This document shows positions 24,689 through 37,080 of a DNA stretch of 64,000 bases, piece by piece. Every line of letters starts with the position of its first letter. Within the stretch, counting starts at the first letter, position 1. A model generated the notes under the pieces. That model did not search any database, was not told the DNA's origin, and saw only the letters and a list, made by a program, of their open reading frames with translations. This DNA is from Octopus vulgaris (taxonomy: Eukaryota), in the NCBI GenBank assembly GCA_951406725.2, contig OX597822.1, positions 116,808,001 to 116,872,000 on the forward strand, read 5' to 3'. Made by a program: the position numbers and the translations under genes.

Positions 24689-25979
24689 CTTAAAAAGAAA
24701 TAAAAGGTATGTTAATCATAATTACATACATACACACACACACACACATGTATAGATATATATATATATACACACAGAGACTTTTGGAAATGACAAATTC
24801 ACAGGAATGTGGTGATACCATTTAGAATAAAGAACTGAAAACCAGTGGCCAGAGTGTCAATAAGTTTAAATCCATAACTGTGAGTTCGACAAAATATAAT
24901 TTGTCAGACTCATTATTATGGATTAAGCATACACATGTATGTATGTATGTATGTACGTAGGTAGGTAGGTAGGTATACAAAAATGTGAACAAGCAGGATA
25001 TCAGATGTTGTTACACACTGCTGGCCACAATGTGCTTTTGCATTGATTTAACCTTCAAATGACGCCACCCTGCCCTCATCAAAAGCGGGGAACTAGAGCA
25101 ACACAAAATGAACTGTTTCGCTCAAGAAACCGCCCAGTCAAGGAACTGAACCCACAATCTGTCAATCATGAGTGAAACACACACACACATACATACATAT
25201 GTATATAGATTAATTATAAGAATTATTAGAATGTAGGGACATCAACATGTAGGATGCCAGAATTGGCAATGTACAATAACATGAGATTCACAGTGAGGCA
25301 AAACAACCCTGAAGGCATTGCGTTGGTAGGGTACCGTAGATATGTAAGTAACAAATCCAATTTAAACTGTAGATCTGACACAAAATTGATTCTAGGAGCA
25401 GCATAGGTAAAAAAACAGAAGAGCACAAATGGGATTTAAAATTGACAACAGCTGTTTCGGTAGAAGTATTTTGATGTATTCATAGATGACATCATAGCAT
25501 AAACCAACCATCTTCAAGTACAATTTTAAACAGGTGTAAACAGGTAAGGTAAAGCCCTAGTTGGTGACATATCCAACAACATATTGGATAAATGGTATTT
25601 TAAAAGAGAACATTCAAATCAGAAGTATAATGGGCATTCAAAGAAGTAAAGCGATCAAACACTTGTATTATTTTGAACAGTTATCTTTATTGGTTTATAG
25701 TCATAACTTGCTATGAGGTAAGTGGGGAAAAAAATATAGACAAACCGTTGCCAAGGTATGTCCTTAAGATCATCAAAACCAGAAAGATATCTTGTTGGTT
25801 AAGTGAGATAAAAGAAAGCAGGCCTCGGGGCAGCAGAAAGTCATAGAACTGCCATCCCCTTTCCACACTTGTACACACACACACACACACACACAGACAC
25901 TCACATTCATACACACTTATACATATGTATACATACATATATAAACATACGCGTCTGCATGGATGATGGTGTACTTGCT

Positions 25980-28075
25980 TTTAATGAGTCTGCAAAGAAA
26001 GAAAGAAAGAGGCTTGGAGATGCCGTAATGAAAGACTGCTGAATGTGGAGAATGAATGAGAGGAGAAGAGTCTGCCAAATGTTGACCCAAATGAGGGACC
26101 AGCTACCCGAATCGACAGAAGCCTGGTAGTTAAAGCAATTAAGGATATGAAGACAGGGAAAGCCTCAAGCCCATCAGGAATCACCGCTGAGATGCTTAAA
26201 ATAATTGGCGGTGTGGGTTATAGCCTAATCACCTGTATTTTAAATCAGGTGGTTCGTGAATGAATCATACCCAATGACTGGTATTGCAGCACAATAGTCA
26301 ACTGCTGCAAAAGTAAAGGTGATGCCTTAGACAGAAATAATTACAGAAGCATCAAATAGTTGATCAGGTGATGAAAGTTACGGAGCTCAGCTAATTAGGG
26401 AGAAAGTTAGTCTAGAAGGAGAAATACCTAGCAAAAGATAAGCATCTGTACTTAGCTTTTGTTGACTGGGAGAATGCTTTTGACAGAGTCCCCCATCCCT
26501 TATCTGGTGATCAGTGTGGAAACTAGGGATAGACGAGTGGTTGGTGAGAGCCGTACAAGCCTTGTACAGGGACGCTACCAGTAAGGTGAGGGTAGGCAAC
26601 AAGTACAGTGAAGAATTCAAGGTAGAAGTAGGGGTTCACCAAGGATCGGTGCTCAGCCCCTTCTTGTTCATCATAGTTCTCTGGGTAATAACAGAGGAAT
26701 TCAAGACAGGCTACTCCTGGGAGCTCCTCTATGCTGATGACCTTGCCCTTATAGCTGAATCACCACCTGAACTAGAGAAGAAGTTCCAGGTATGGAAGCA
26801 AGGTCTAGAATCATAGGGACTTAGAGCTAGCCTAGCAAAAACCAAAGTTATAGTAAGAAGGAAGTCAGACAAATCACAAATCCCTTCAGGTAGAAAAGGT
26901 GTAGGTAGAATCTTCATAAGATGCACCCAGTGTAAGCTTTGGACACAAAAGGTGCAGCAACATCAGAGGAAGGTTAACAGGGAAACTAACTTTTGTATGT
27001 TGAAGGTGTACATGTGCAATAAATGCTGAAAATTCACAGAAAATAGACTTCCTGCAACTGCCAGTGGGGGGAGGGGGCAAGCTAGAGGTAGTAGATAGCT
27101 TCTGGGTGACCAAGTTAGTAGTGGAGGTGGATGCTCCAAGAGCATAGCTGTGAGAATAAGATTAGGCTGGGCAAAGTTCAGAGAGTTCCTACCCCTGCTG
27201 GCAACAAAAAAGGCCTCTCCCTCAGAGTGAAAGGCAGATTGCTTGATACCTGTGTGTGAACAGCTATACTGCATAGCAGCAAAACATGGGCTGTGACAGC
27301 TGAGGACATGCATAGGCTTGAGAGAAATGAAGCCAGTATGCTTCACTGGATGTGCAATGTCAGTGTGCATGTTCAACAGAGTGTAAGCATCTTCAGGGAA
27401 AAGTTAGGCATAAGATATGGTGTGCAAGAGAGATGACTGTGCTGGTATGGTCATGTGATGTGTATGGATGAAGACAGCTGTGTAAAGAAGTGCCATCTCT
27501 AACCGTGGAAGGAATCTGTGGTAGAGGAAGACACGGTACAAGGCAGTTAAGCATGATCTTTGAACTTTGAGCCTCACATAGGCAATGACTGGTGACCGAG
27601 ACCTTTGGCAATGTGCTGTGCTTGAGAGTACCTGTCAAACCAACCACACCTGTGCTGGTGGCATATAAAGAACATCCTTTGAATGTTGGGCCTCATGAAG
27701 GCAAAGTGGATGAGTTCCTTTTGAGTGTTGGGCCTCATGGAGGTACTGACCGAGACCTTTGGCATTATGTCATGTTTGAGAAGAAGATCCATCAATCCAA
27801 GCAAAATCACAGTCGTGGCAGATACTGGTGTCATGCAAACTGGCACCCATGCTGGTGACATGTAAACGCACCCCAGGGTCATGCAGATGGCCCCTGTACC
27901 GATGGCACGTAAAAGCACACATTACACTCTTGAAGTGGTTGACATTAGGAAGGGCATCCAGTCATAGAAAACCACACCAAATCAGACTGGAGTCTGGTGC
28001 AGCCTTCCATCATGCCAGCCCAGTCAAATCGTCCAACCCATGCCAGCATGGACAATGGACGTTAAATGATGACGA
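25980..28075 (+). mobile_element. decayed RTE LINE copy (same family)
   Basis: Stop- and frameshift-broken RT (QGSVLSP, YADD), 3'UTR and gatgacgat tail. Confidence 0.9.
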
Positions 28076-28447
28076 TACACAAACACAATATATATATAAA
28101 CACACATACATACACATGCACATATAAAAATGCACACGCACACACAGCACTATATTCATATAGTTATATAGAATATTGAGATATAAACCAAACAATATAT
28201 CATAAAGATAGAAGCAGAGGGTCATCGGCCTTCTGGTTATGTAATCTCATTATACTTGTTTGTAACCTCAAAATTCTTTAAATAGTGAAATATTTGATAA
28301 TCAGGTTTATGACCAAGCTCTCTGTCGATGAGTGCTTATATATATTTCTTATAATTCTTCGTTTATATTAAATTACTTGCTTTATATCTCTATATTCTAC
28401 AATTATTATAAAAATATAGGGCTATGTGTGTGTGCGTATATATATAT

Positions 28448-31400
28448 ATCATCATCATCATCATCGTTTAGCGTCCGTTTTCCATGCTAGCATGGGTTGG
28501 ACGGTTCTACTGGGGTCTGTGAAGCCAGAAGGCTTCATCAGGCCCAGTCAAATCTGGCAGTGTTTCTACGGCTGGATGCCCTTCCTAACGCCAACCACTC
28601 CGTGAGTGTAGTGGGTGCTTTTTACGTGCCACCCGCACTGGTGCCAGACAGAGCTGGCAAACGGCCACGAACGGATGGTGCTTTTTATGTGCCACTGGCA
28701 CGAGGGCCAGGCGAGGCTGGCAACGGACACAAAACGGGGCGGTGCTGGCAACGGTCGCGAAACGGAAAGTTCTCTTACATGCCACCGGCACTGGTAACAC
28801 ATCTGCAATTTCCATTGATCGATTTCCATTGATCGATTTCGATTCTGATCCTCACTTGCCTCAACGGGTCTTCACAAGCAGAGTTTTGACATGCCACCGG
28901 CACTGGTAGCACATCCGCAATTTCCATTGATCGATTTCGATTCTGATCCTCACTTGCCTCAACACGTCTTCACAAGTAGAGTTTTGTGTCCCAAGAAGGG
29001 AAGGTATGCATATGTAGGCCGGCTCCATCCCATGTAGAAGGCCACGGGTTATGGACTCACTTGTCCTGCCGGGTCTTCTCGCGCACAGCACACTTCCAGA
29101 GGTCTCGGTCTCTAGTCATTTCCTCAGTGAGACCTAAAGTTCGAAGGTCGTGCTTCACCACCTCGTCCCAGGTTTTCCTGGGTCTGCCTCTTCCACAGGT
29201 TCCCTCAACCGCTAGGGTGTGGCACTTTTTCACACAACTATCTTCATCCATTCTCGCCACATGACCATACCAGCACAAACGTCTCTCTTGCACACCACAA
29301 CTGATGCTTCTTAGGTCCAGCTTTTCTCTCAAGGTACTTACACTCTGCCGAGTGTGAGTACCGGCATTACACATCCATCGGAGCATACTGGCTTCATTTC
29401 TAGCGAGCTTACGCATATCCTCAGCAGTCACGGCCCATGTTTCACTGCCATGTAGCATGGCTGTTCGTACACACGCATCATACAGTCTGCCTTTCACTCT
29501 GTGCGAGAGGCCTTTTGTCACCAGCAGAGGTAAGAGCTCTCTGAACTTTGCCCAAGCTATTCTTACTCTAGCAGTTACACTTTCAGCACACCCGCCCCCG
29601 CTGCTGACTTGGTCACCTAGGTAACGGAAACTATCAACTATTTCTAGTTTTTCTCCCTGGAAAGTGACGGAAGTTGGTCTCAGAGCATTTTCAGTGTTTA
29701 TTGTTCCTGAGCATCTGCCACATACAAAAACCATCTTCCTAGTTAGCCTTCCTTTGACATTGCTGCATCTCTTATGTGTCCATAGCTTACACTTGGTGCA
29801 TCTTATAGAGTTTCTACCTACACCTTTTCTACAGATCGAGCAGGGCCATCTACCTGAAGGTGTTTGTGATTTGTCTACCTTCCTACTGATTACGACTTTG
29901 GTTTTAGCTAGATTGACTCTGAGGCCCTTCGATTCTAATCCTTGTTTCCACACCTGAAACTTCTCCTCCAGTTCTGATAGCGACTCAGCAATTAGAGCAA
30001 GGTCATCAGCATAGAGGAGCTCCCAAGGGCATCCTGTCTTGAATTCCTCCGTTATTGCCTGGAGGACTATGATAAATAGGAGGGGGCTGAGTACTGAGCC
30101 TTGGTGGACTCCTACCTCTACCCGGAATTCTTCACTGTACACATTTCCAACCCTCACCCTACTAGTGGCGTCCCTATACATGGCCCGCACAGCTCTCACT
30201 AACCATTCATCTATCCCTAGTTTCCTCATTGCCCACCAGATAAGGGATCGGGGGACCCTGTCGAAGGCTTTCTCCATGTCAACAAAAGCCAGGTACAGGG
30301 GCTTATCTTTGGCTAGGTATTTCTCCTGCAGCTGCCTTACCAGGAATATAGCATCAGTAGTACTTTTCCCTGGCACAAACCCAAACTGCATCTCATCTAA
30401 ACTAACTCTCTCTCTAATTAGTTGGGCTATGACCCTCTCCGTAACCTTCATCACCTGGTCCAACAGCTTGATACCTCTGTAGTTATTTGTATCTAGGGCA
30501 TCACCTTTACCTTTGTAGCAGTTGACTATTATACTGCTACACCAGTCATTGGGTATGACCCCTTTGTGTATCACCTGATTAACTATACGGGTGACTAGGC
30601 TATAGCCGACACTACCAGACATTTTGAGCATCTCTGCAGTGATTCCTGATGGGCCTGGGGCTTTCCCTGTCTTCATGCTTCTAATTGCCTTAGCTACCAC
30701 GGAACTATCAACTCGGATAGCTGGTCCCTCTGTTGGGTCAACATTCGGCAGACTCTCTTTATCCCATTCATTTTCTTCATTCAGCAACCTTTCATAGTGG
30801 CATCTCCAAACCTCTCTCTTTGCATCCTCATTTAGCGCAAGTGAACCATCTTCCATGCGAACACACTTCTCTCCTACCACATCACGATTCTCTCTCACAC
30901 ACTGTCTTGCAACACGAAACACCTCCAGTCTTTGGTCCTCACGGCGCAGAACATTGGCAAATTTTTTCTTATCTGCTTCCCCTCTGGCTAAATAAACCTG
31001 TCTCCTAGCTTCTCTTTTGGCAGTCTGATACAATCCCCTGCTACCCCCATTTTTCCAGACCTTCCAAGCCTGTCTCTTTTCTCTAATAGCCCTGTCTACA
31101 ATATTGTTCCACCACCACGTTATTCTAGGTCGAGAGGGGACTTTGCACCAGCCACAGATCTGGTCAGTGGCTCTCAGCAGGTTGTCCCTTAGAAACGTCC
31201 AGCTGTCTTCTACCCCCTGTGATGCTCTATCCCCTTCTACTTCGTCAGAGGCTTCAAGTAATATGTCCCTAAATCTCTGTCCATTTGCAGGATCTTTAAG
31301 CTTCCAGATCCTTCTTCTCCATATTTGTCGTCTTCTGGTTGTCCTCCTAGTCCTGATCCTAAAGTCACTAACTACCAGTCTATGTTGTGGGGTACATTCT

Positions 31401-31867
31401 TCACCTGGGAAGGTTTTGGCATTTATAAGCAGCCATCTCTCCCTTTGCCTTGTAAGGATGTAGTCAATTTGGCTGGTATGTTGGCCCGATTGGTAAGTGA
31501 CTAGGTGGCTGGTAGGTTTCCTGAAGTTAGTGTTGCAAATCATAAGATTATTTGCATCGCAGAACTCCAGCAGCCTGGTTCCCTCCTCGTTGCGGGAGCC
31601 ATAGCCATAGCCTCCATGTACGCCATGGAAGCCCCCAGCATGTCGTCCAACGTGACCATTGAAGTCACCAGCCACAAAGATAAGGTCTCTGTCATTCATC
31701 AACGAGGTAGTCTGCAGTAGAGTGTCATAGAATCGGTCTTTCTGTCCATCGGGTAGCCCCGACTGAGGAGCATAGGCTGATATAATGGTTGCTAAACTAT
31801 GATGAAGCACTAATCTAATCTTAAGTATTCTGTCACATACTCTGATTACCTCAATTACTTTATCTAC

Positions 31868-31870
<3 letters not shown>
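28448..31870 (-). mobile_element. RTE-clade LINE, 5'-truncated, young
   Basis: APE+RT ORF, a repeat-containing 3'UTR and a (GAT)n tail. Both ends abut (TA)n. Confidence 0.95.
29057..31870 (-). CDS. RTE ORF: partial AP endonuclease + reverse transcriptase with an internal C4HC3 zinc finger
   Basis: 937 codons with no stop. Motifs YAPQ, GDFN, IDY, QHRLV, QFGF, DMEKAFD, QGSVLSP, YADD, YLG and GRGRP..W. The listed N-terminal MHICIYIY derives from the microsatellite. Confidence 0.93.
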
Positions 31871-31904
<34 letters not shown>

Positions 31905-31911
31905 TGCATAT

Positions 31912-32220
31912 AAATGGTATTTTTATAAGCTTAAAGCTTATAGCAATCATTGTGCAAAGGACTAAGGAAAATAGTCTAATAATGGGGCATAGAAGCCCTC
32001 GCCAGAAAAAAGTAGGCTTTCCTGTATGCATAGAACTCGAACACACATTTTTTTGTTAACATGACTCAGTGTGTCACCAATTACACCAGTGAACCAGCCT
32101 GCTCCTTTCTGTCAAATAACAGGCTGGTTCGCTGGTGTAATCGGTAACACAGTCGCGTTAACAAAGGGATGTGCATTCGAATCCCACACATTCAGTAAAG
32201 CTTATAAAAAATACCATTTT
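31912..32220. repeat. palindromic element with head-to-head tRNA-like heads
   Basis: 31-bp inner stem 32071-32101/32120-32150 and outer match aaatggtatttttataagctt / aagcttataaaaaataccattt. Confidence 0.7.
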
Positions 32221-32462
32221 TATTGTTTAATGAATTGTAAAATGACACCACTTAACAAAACCATTCATATACATATATATATATAGACACACATATGTAT
32301 GCATGCACAAGCATGTGCTTGTATATATATGAGCGTGTTTGTATATATGTGTGTGGGTGTGTATGTATGTATATGCGTGTATATGTATGCATGTATATAT
32401 ATGTGTATATACACGTATATATATATATGTGTGTATATACATGTATGTATATATATATATAT

Positions 32463-32910
32463 ATCATCATCATCATCATTTAACGTCCGCTTTCCATGCT
32501 AGCATGGGTTGGACGGTTCAACTGGGGTCTGGGGAGCCCGAAGGCTGCACCAGGCCAGCAGATCTGGCAGTGTTTCTACAGCTGGATGCCCTTCCTAACG
32601 CCAACCACTCCGAGAGTGTAGTGGGTGATTTTATGTGCCACCGACACAGGTGCCAGACGAGGCTGGCGAACGGCCACGCTCGGATGGTGTTTTTTATGTG
32701 CCACCGACACAGGTGCCAGACGAGGCTGGCAGACGGCCACGCTCGGATGGTGTTTTTATGTGCCACCGACACAGGTGCCAGATGAGGCTGGCGAACGGCC
32801 ACGATCGGATGGTGTTTGTTGCGTGCCCACAGCACGGAGGCCAGTCGATGCGGTACTGGCTACGGCCACATTCGGATGGTTTTCTTGTGTGCCACCGGCA
32901 CTGGTACCAC
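32463..32910 (-). mobile_element. RTE 3'UTR fragment with about 62-64-bp tandem units
   Basis: (GAT)n tail and repeated gtgccaccgacacaggtgccaga...cggatggtg units. Both sides are (TA)n. Confidence 0.85.
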
Positions 32911-32914
32911 AAAG

Positions 32915-32952
<38 letters not shown>

Positions 32953-33229
32953 GTGTATATACATGTATGCATGTGTATACATATGTGTGTATATATATAT
33001 ATACATATATATACATCATCACCATCATCATCATTTAATGTCCATGTTCCATGCATGGGAAGGACAGTTGACAGGAGCCAGCCAGGTAGAAGACGACCCA
33101 AGGCTACTGTATCTGTTTTGGCAGGGGTTTTATGGCTGGATGCCCTTCCTAACACACAGACATTTTTTTCCCTTTTTTGAAAGCATTCGATTGTTACAAA
33201 GTCCTTAGACTACCGAAAACATAAAGAGC

Positions 33230-33500
33230 TACTAGGATAAAATGGATGGTAGACTGAAGTCAACAGGTTATGATGTACATTAGACTTAAAAGACTGGAGG
33301 TCTTATTAAAGAGGAAAACAAGACTGTGGAAGGAAATTCCAAAGTTCAGAAGTGCGAGGGAAGAAACTGGTAGTGTAAAGTGCTTTACAACACTTAGGAG
33401 CTTACAGAGTGTACTGATGAGAATTGGATGCAAGTCTAGTTGATTGCTGATAAGTTCTTAAAGGAGGAACCAGAAAAGAGAGCTCAGCTGAACAACGTCC
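33230..33500 (-). mobile_element. CR1/Jockey-group LINE 3' fragment
   Basis: FFPRTSELWNFLPQSCFP on the minus strand. Confidence 0.5.
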
Positions 33501-33501
33501 A

Positions 33502-33551
<50 letters not shown>

Positions 33552-33960
33552 TGTGTACATGTTGTTGAATATGTTATCATCAAGGCCTTACTTCACCTGT
33601 TTATACCTGTTTAAAATTTTACCTGAAGATGGTGGATTTATGCTATGATGTTCAGGGAGCACTGGCATCAGCCATGTTCGAATGGTGCCTTTTACATGCC
33701 ACTGGTTGAGTCATTGAGATCAAATTTAGATAAGTGCCGAGTAGTGATGTTAAACCAAGTGGACAACTCCGAGTTGACAAAATATGTTGCATTCCTTAAA
33801 AACCGTGAGGTTAGCAAGAGAAATGTGACCCAGCTGTAAAACTAAATGTTCTGGTGACAACCAACAGTGTTCCATACTAACATGGAGGTAAAAAAAAAGG
33901 GGTTGCAATAAAGTTTATTTAAAAAAAACAAAAAACAGAAGTACATAGAATACAATTTAC

Positions 33961-34128
33961 CTGGAGTAGAACGTTTTCAGCCTCCTCTAATGAACAAGTG
34001 TCACATGTTAAATAAAGATAATATCTAGGCAACCAGTAGCAGAAAAGGTGCAGAAATCCTAGAGAAAGCACTGTCAGAATCCAGTAGAAAAACTTTTTCT
34101 TTTTGTTAAGGCGGTACCCAATAATTTC
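33961..34128 (-). CDS. ATP13A3: P5B ATPase coding exon (N-terminal P5 domain)
   Basis: 168 nt, tttcag/gtaaat, phase 0-0. EIIGYRLNKKKKFFYWILTVLSLGFLHLFCYWLPRYYLYLTCDTCSLEEAENVLLQ matches the EIYGY...YW.P...C.....A..VLL pattern. Confidence 0.92.
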
Positions 34129-35119
34129 CTGAAATAAATAGAATAATGGAATGAGAAATTCTGAAAAAGTAGCAAGAGATGAAATTAACAGCTGAGGTTT
34201 TACTATAAATGATTGTAGATATTACAAACACCAGTTTCAGAGAGAAAAGAGAGAGCAGTTTATGAATGGGACTCAAACTGTGTGTGTATTATATGCTGAG
34301 TGACCATGTTCTTGATTATGTTGTCGAGGGTTAAGTGGCTGATTAAGATAATAATGTAGACAGAAAGGAGGGAAGAAAGGACATATAGTTCTGAGAAGGT
34401 CAAGGACCAGGTGTTCTCTGTTATGTCTTCAGTAATGTGGTCAGCTGGCAAAAGATCGGTACATCACTTGAATAAGGTCGGTAAGTGGTAGGACTCAATG
34501 ACCAAAACAAACTGCAAATATGGCCATGGCCAAAGAAAGCAACCAGACTCACTCATACTTCATTCTGTCTCTCCATGTTCTGTCTTCGACCAGCCAAACT
34601 CTGGTCCCTCTCTCCCTCTCAGTTTCTTCTCCTAACATTTTACCTCCACACCTTCCACCCCACCCTATATAAACCAGTTCATTCAGATTCCACTACCTTA
34701 TATTTTAATACCCCACCACATGGAGTAGAAACCAGAAGATGTTCAGATAAGCAACATGTTTTCCAACCTAGTACACATCTAAAACCTCTTTTCAGCGCAG
34801 ATTATAATTACTTTATTATTTCATTTCATTATCTCTCAATGTAAACACAGTTTCATCTTCCAATCCATATGTTTAGAGGAAAAAACTCAAGATCCCTTCG
34901 CTCAACCCAACCTTCCCTCTTCCTCCCTCTCTTTCACACTCATTTACTATTGTCATTTATCTAATTTTGTCACAGTTTGGCTGACCAAAAACTCTTGGTT
35001 GTAGCTCTAGTTAAGAATTCAAAAGCCCAATTCTATCTCATTATTATTATTAATGTTTTCTATGCTGGCAGCCTGAGTTTTTGCTGTTTCACAGTGCACT
35101 CGCCCTTCCCACAACTGGA

Positions 35120-37032
35120 GATTCCTATGGGACAACCTGACCAGATCCATGGATGGTGCAAAGTCCCCTCTCACCCCAAGGTAATGTGGTGGTGGAGCAA
35201 TGCAGTTGACAGGGCCATTAGGGAAAATAAACAGGCATGTAAGGACTAGAAGAACGGTGGCAGCAGGAATTGTATCAGACTGCCAGAGGGAAAGCTAGGA
35301 GACAGGTTTATTTAGCCAACTAATTAGGGAGAGAGTCAGTTTAGATGCAGTTTGGGTTTGTGCCAGGGAAAAGCACCACTGATGCTATATTTCTGGTAAG
35401 ACAGCTGCAGGAGAAATACTTAGCCAACGATAAACCCCTGTACCTGGCTTTCTTTGACATGGAGAAAGCCTTTGACAGGCTCCCCCAATCCTTTATCTGG
35501 TGGTCAATGAGGAAACTAGGGATAGATGAGTGGTTAGTGAGAACTGTATAAGCCATATACAGGGATGCTGTCAGTAAGGTGAGGAATTCCAAGTGAAGAC
35601 TTCCAAGTAGGGGTCCACCAAGGATCAGTCCACAGCCCCTTTTGTTCATCATAGTCCCCAGGCAAGAACAGAGGAATTCAAGACAGGATGCCCCTGGGAG
35701 CTTCTCTATGCTGATGACCTTACTCTAATAGCTGAATCACTATGAGAACTAGAGGGGAAGATTCAGGTGTGGAAGCAAGGTCTAGAATTGAAGGGCCTTA
35801 GAGTCAGTCTAGCAAAAAACAAAGTCTTAAAAAGTAGGAAGGCAGACAAATCACAAATCCCTTCAGGTAGATGGCCCTGCTCGATCTGTAGAAAAGGTGT
35901 AGGTAGAAACTTCATAAGATGTACCCAGTGTAAGGTATGAACACACAAGAGGAGTAGCAATATCAAAGAATGCTAACTGGGAAGATAGTTTTGTGTGTGG
36001 CAAATGCTCAGGAGCAATAAACACTGAAAATGTGTGAGAAAACAGCTTCCATCACATTCCAGGGGAAAAAACTACAAGTAGTTGATAGCTTCTGTTACCT
36101 AGGTGACCAAGTCAGTAGCAGGGTTGGATGCTTTGAGAGTGTAGCTACTAGAATAAGAATAGCCTGGGCAAAGTTCAGAGAGCTCTTACCTCTGCTGGTG
36201 ACAAAGGGCCTCTTGCTCAGAGTAAAGGTAGACTGTATGTCGCATGTGAGCAAACAACCATGCTACATGGCAGTAAAACATGGACCATGACTGTAGGGGA
36301 CATGCTTACATGGAATGAAGCTAGTATGCTCTGCTGGATGTGTAATGTCATTATGTATACACAACAGAGTGTAAACACCCTGAGAGAAAAGTTGGACTTA
36401 AGAAGCATCAGATGTGGTGTGCAAGAGAGATGATTGCGCTGGTATGGTCATGTTTTGCATATGGATGAGGACAGCTATGTGAAAAAGTGTCACACCTTAG
36501 CAGTAGAGAGAACCTGTGGAAGAGGTAGGCTCAGGAAGACCTGGGATGAGGTGGTGAAGCATGACCTTCGAACGTTGGGTCTCATGGAGGCGATGACAAG
36601 TGACTGAGACCATTGGAGATATACTGTGCTTGAGAAGACCCAGTAAGCCAAGTGAGACCATAACCTTTTGGCCTATGCCAGTGCAGCGTAACCAGCCCAT
36701 TTAAGAGTACCCTTCAATCTTTGGGCAATAAACTGAGCTTGTGAAGACCTGATGAGTCAAGTGAAGCCATTGATTTGGCCGATGACAGTACCGCCTGATT
36801 GGCACCTGTGCCAGTGGCACATAAAAAGCACCATCCGAACTTGGTCAATGCCAGTGCTGCCTGACTGGTCCCATGCTGGTGGCACGTAAAAAGCACCATT
36901 TAAATGTGATTGTTGCCAGTGCCACCTGACTGGCTCCCATGCCAGTGGCACATAAAAAGCACCCACTACACTCTCGGAGTGGTTGGCATTAGGAAGCATA
37001 GAAAACAGGCGTTAAACGATGATGAAGATGAT
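35120..37032 (+). mobile_element. decayed, internally deleted RTE LINE copy
   Basis: WCKVPS, QFGFVPGKSTTDAIF and YLGDQVSS fragments, then 3'UTR and tail. Confidence 0.9.
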
Positions 37033-37043
37033 GAAATATATAC

Positions 37044-37080
<37 letters not shown>

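Noticed and set aside
25760-25865. Candidate extra ATPase exon
   Set aside because: No good splice signals, and exons 33961 and 24688 already join in frame with the expected homology.
31871-31909. ATG start given for the 950-aa RTE ORF
   Set aside because: It lies in the flanking microsatellite; the element is 5'-truncated.
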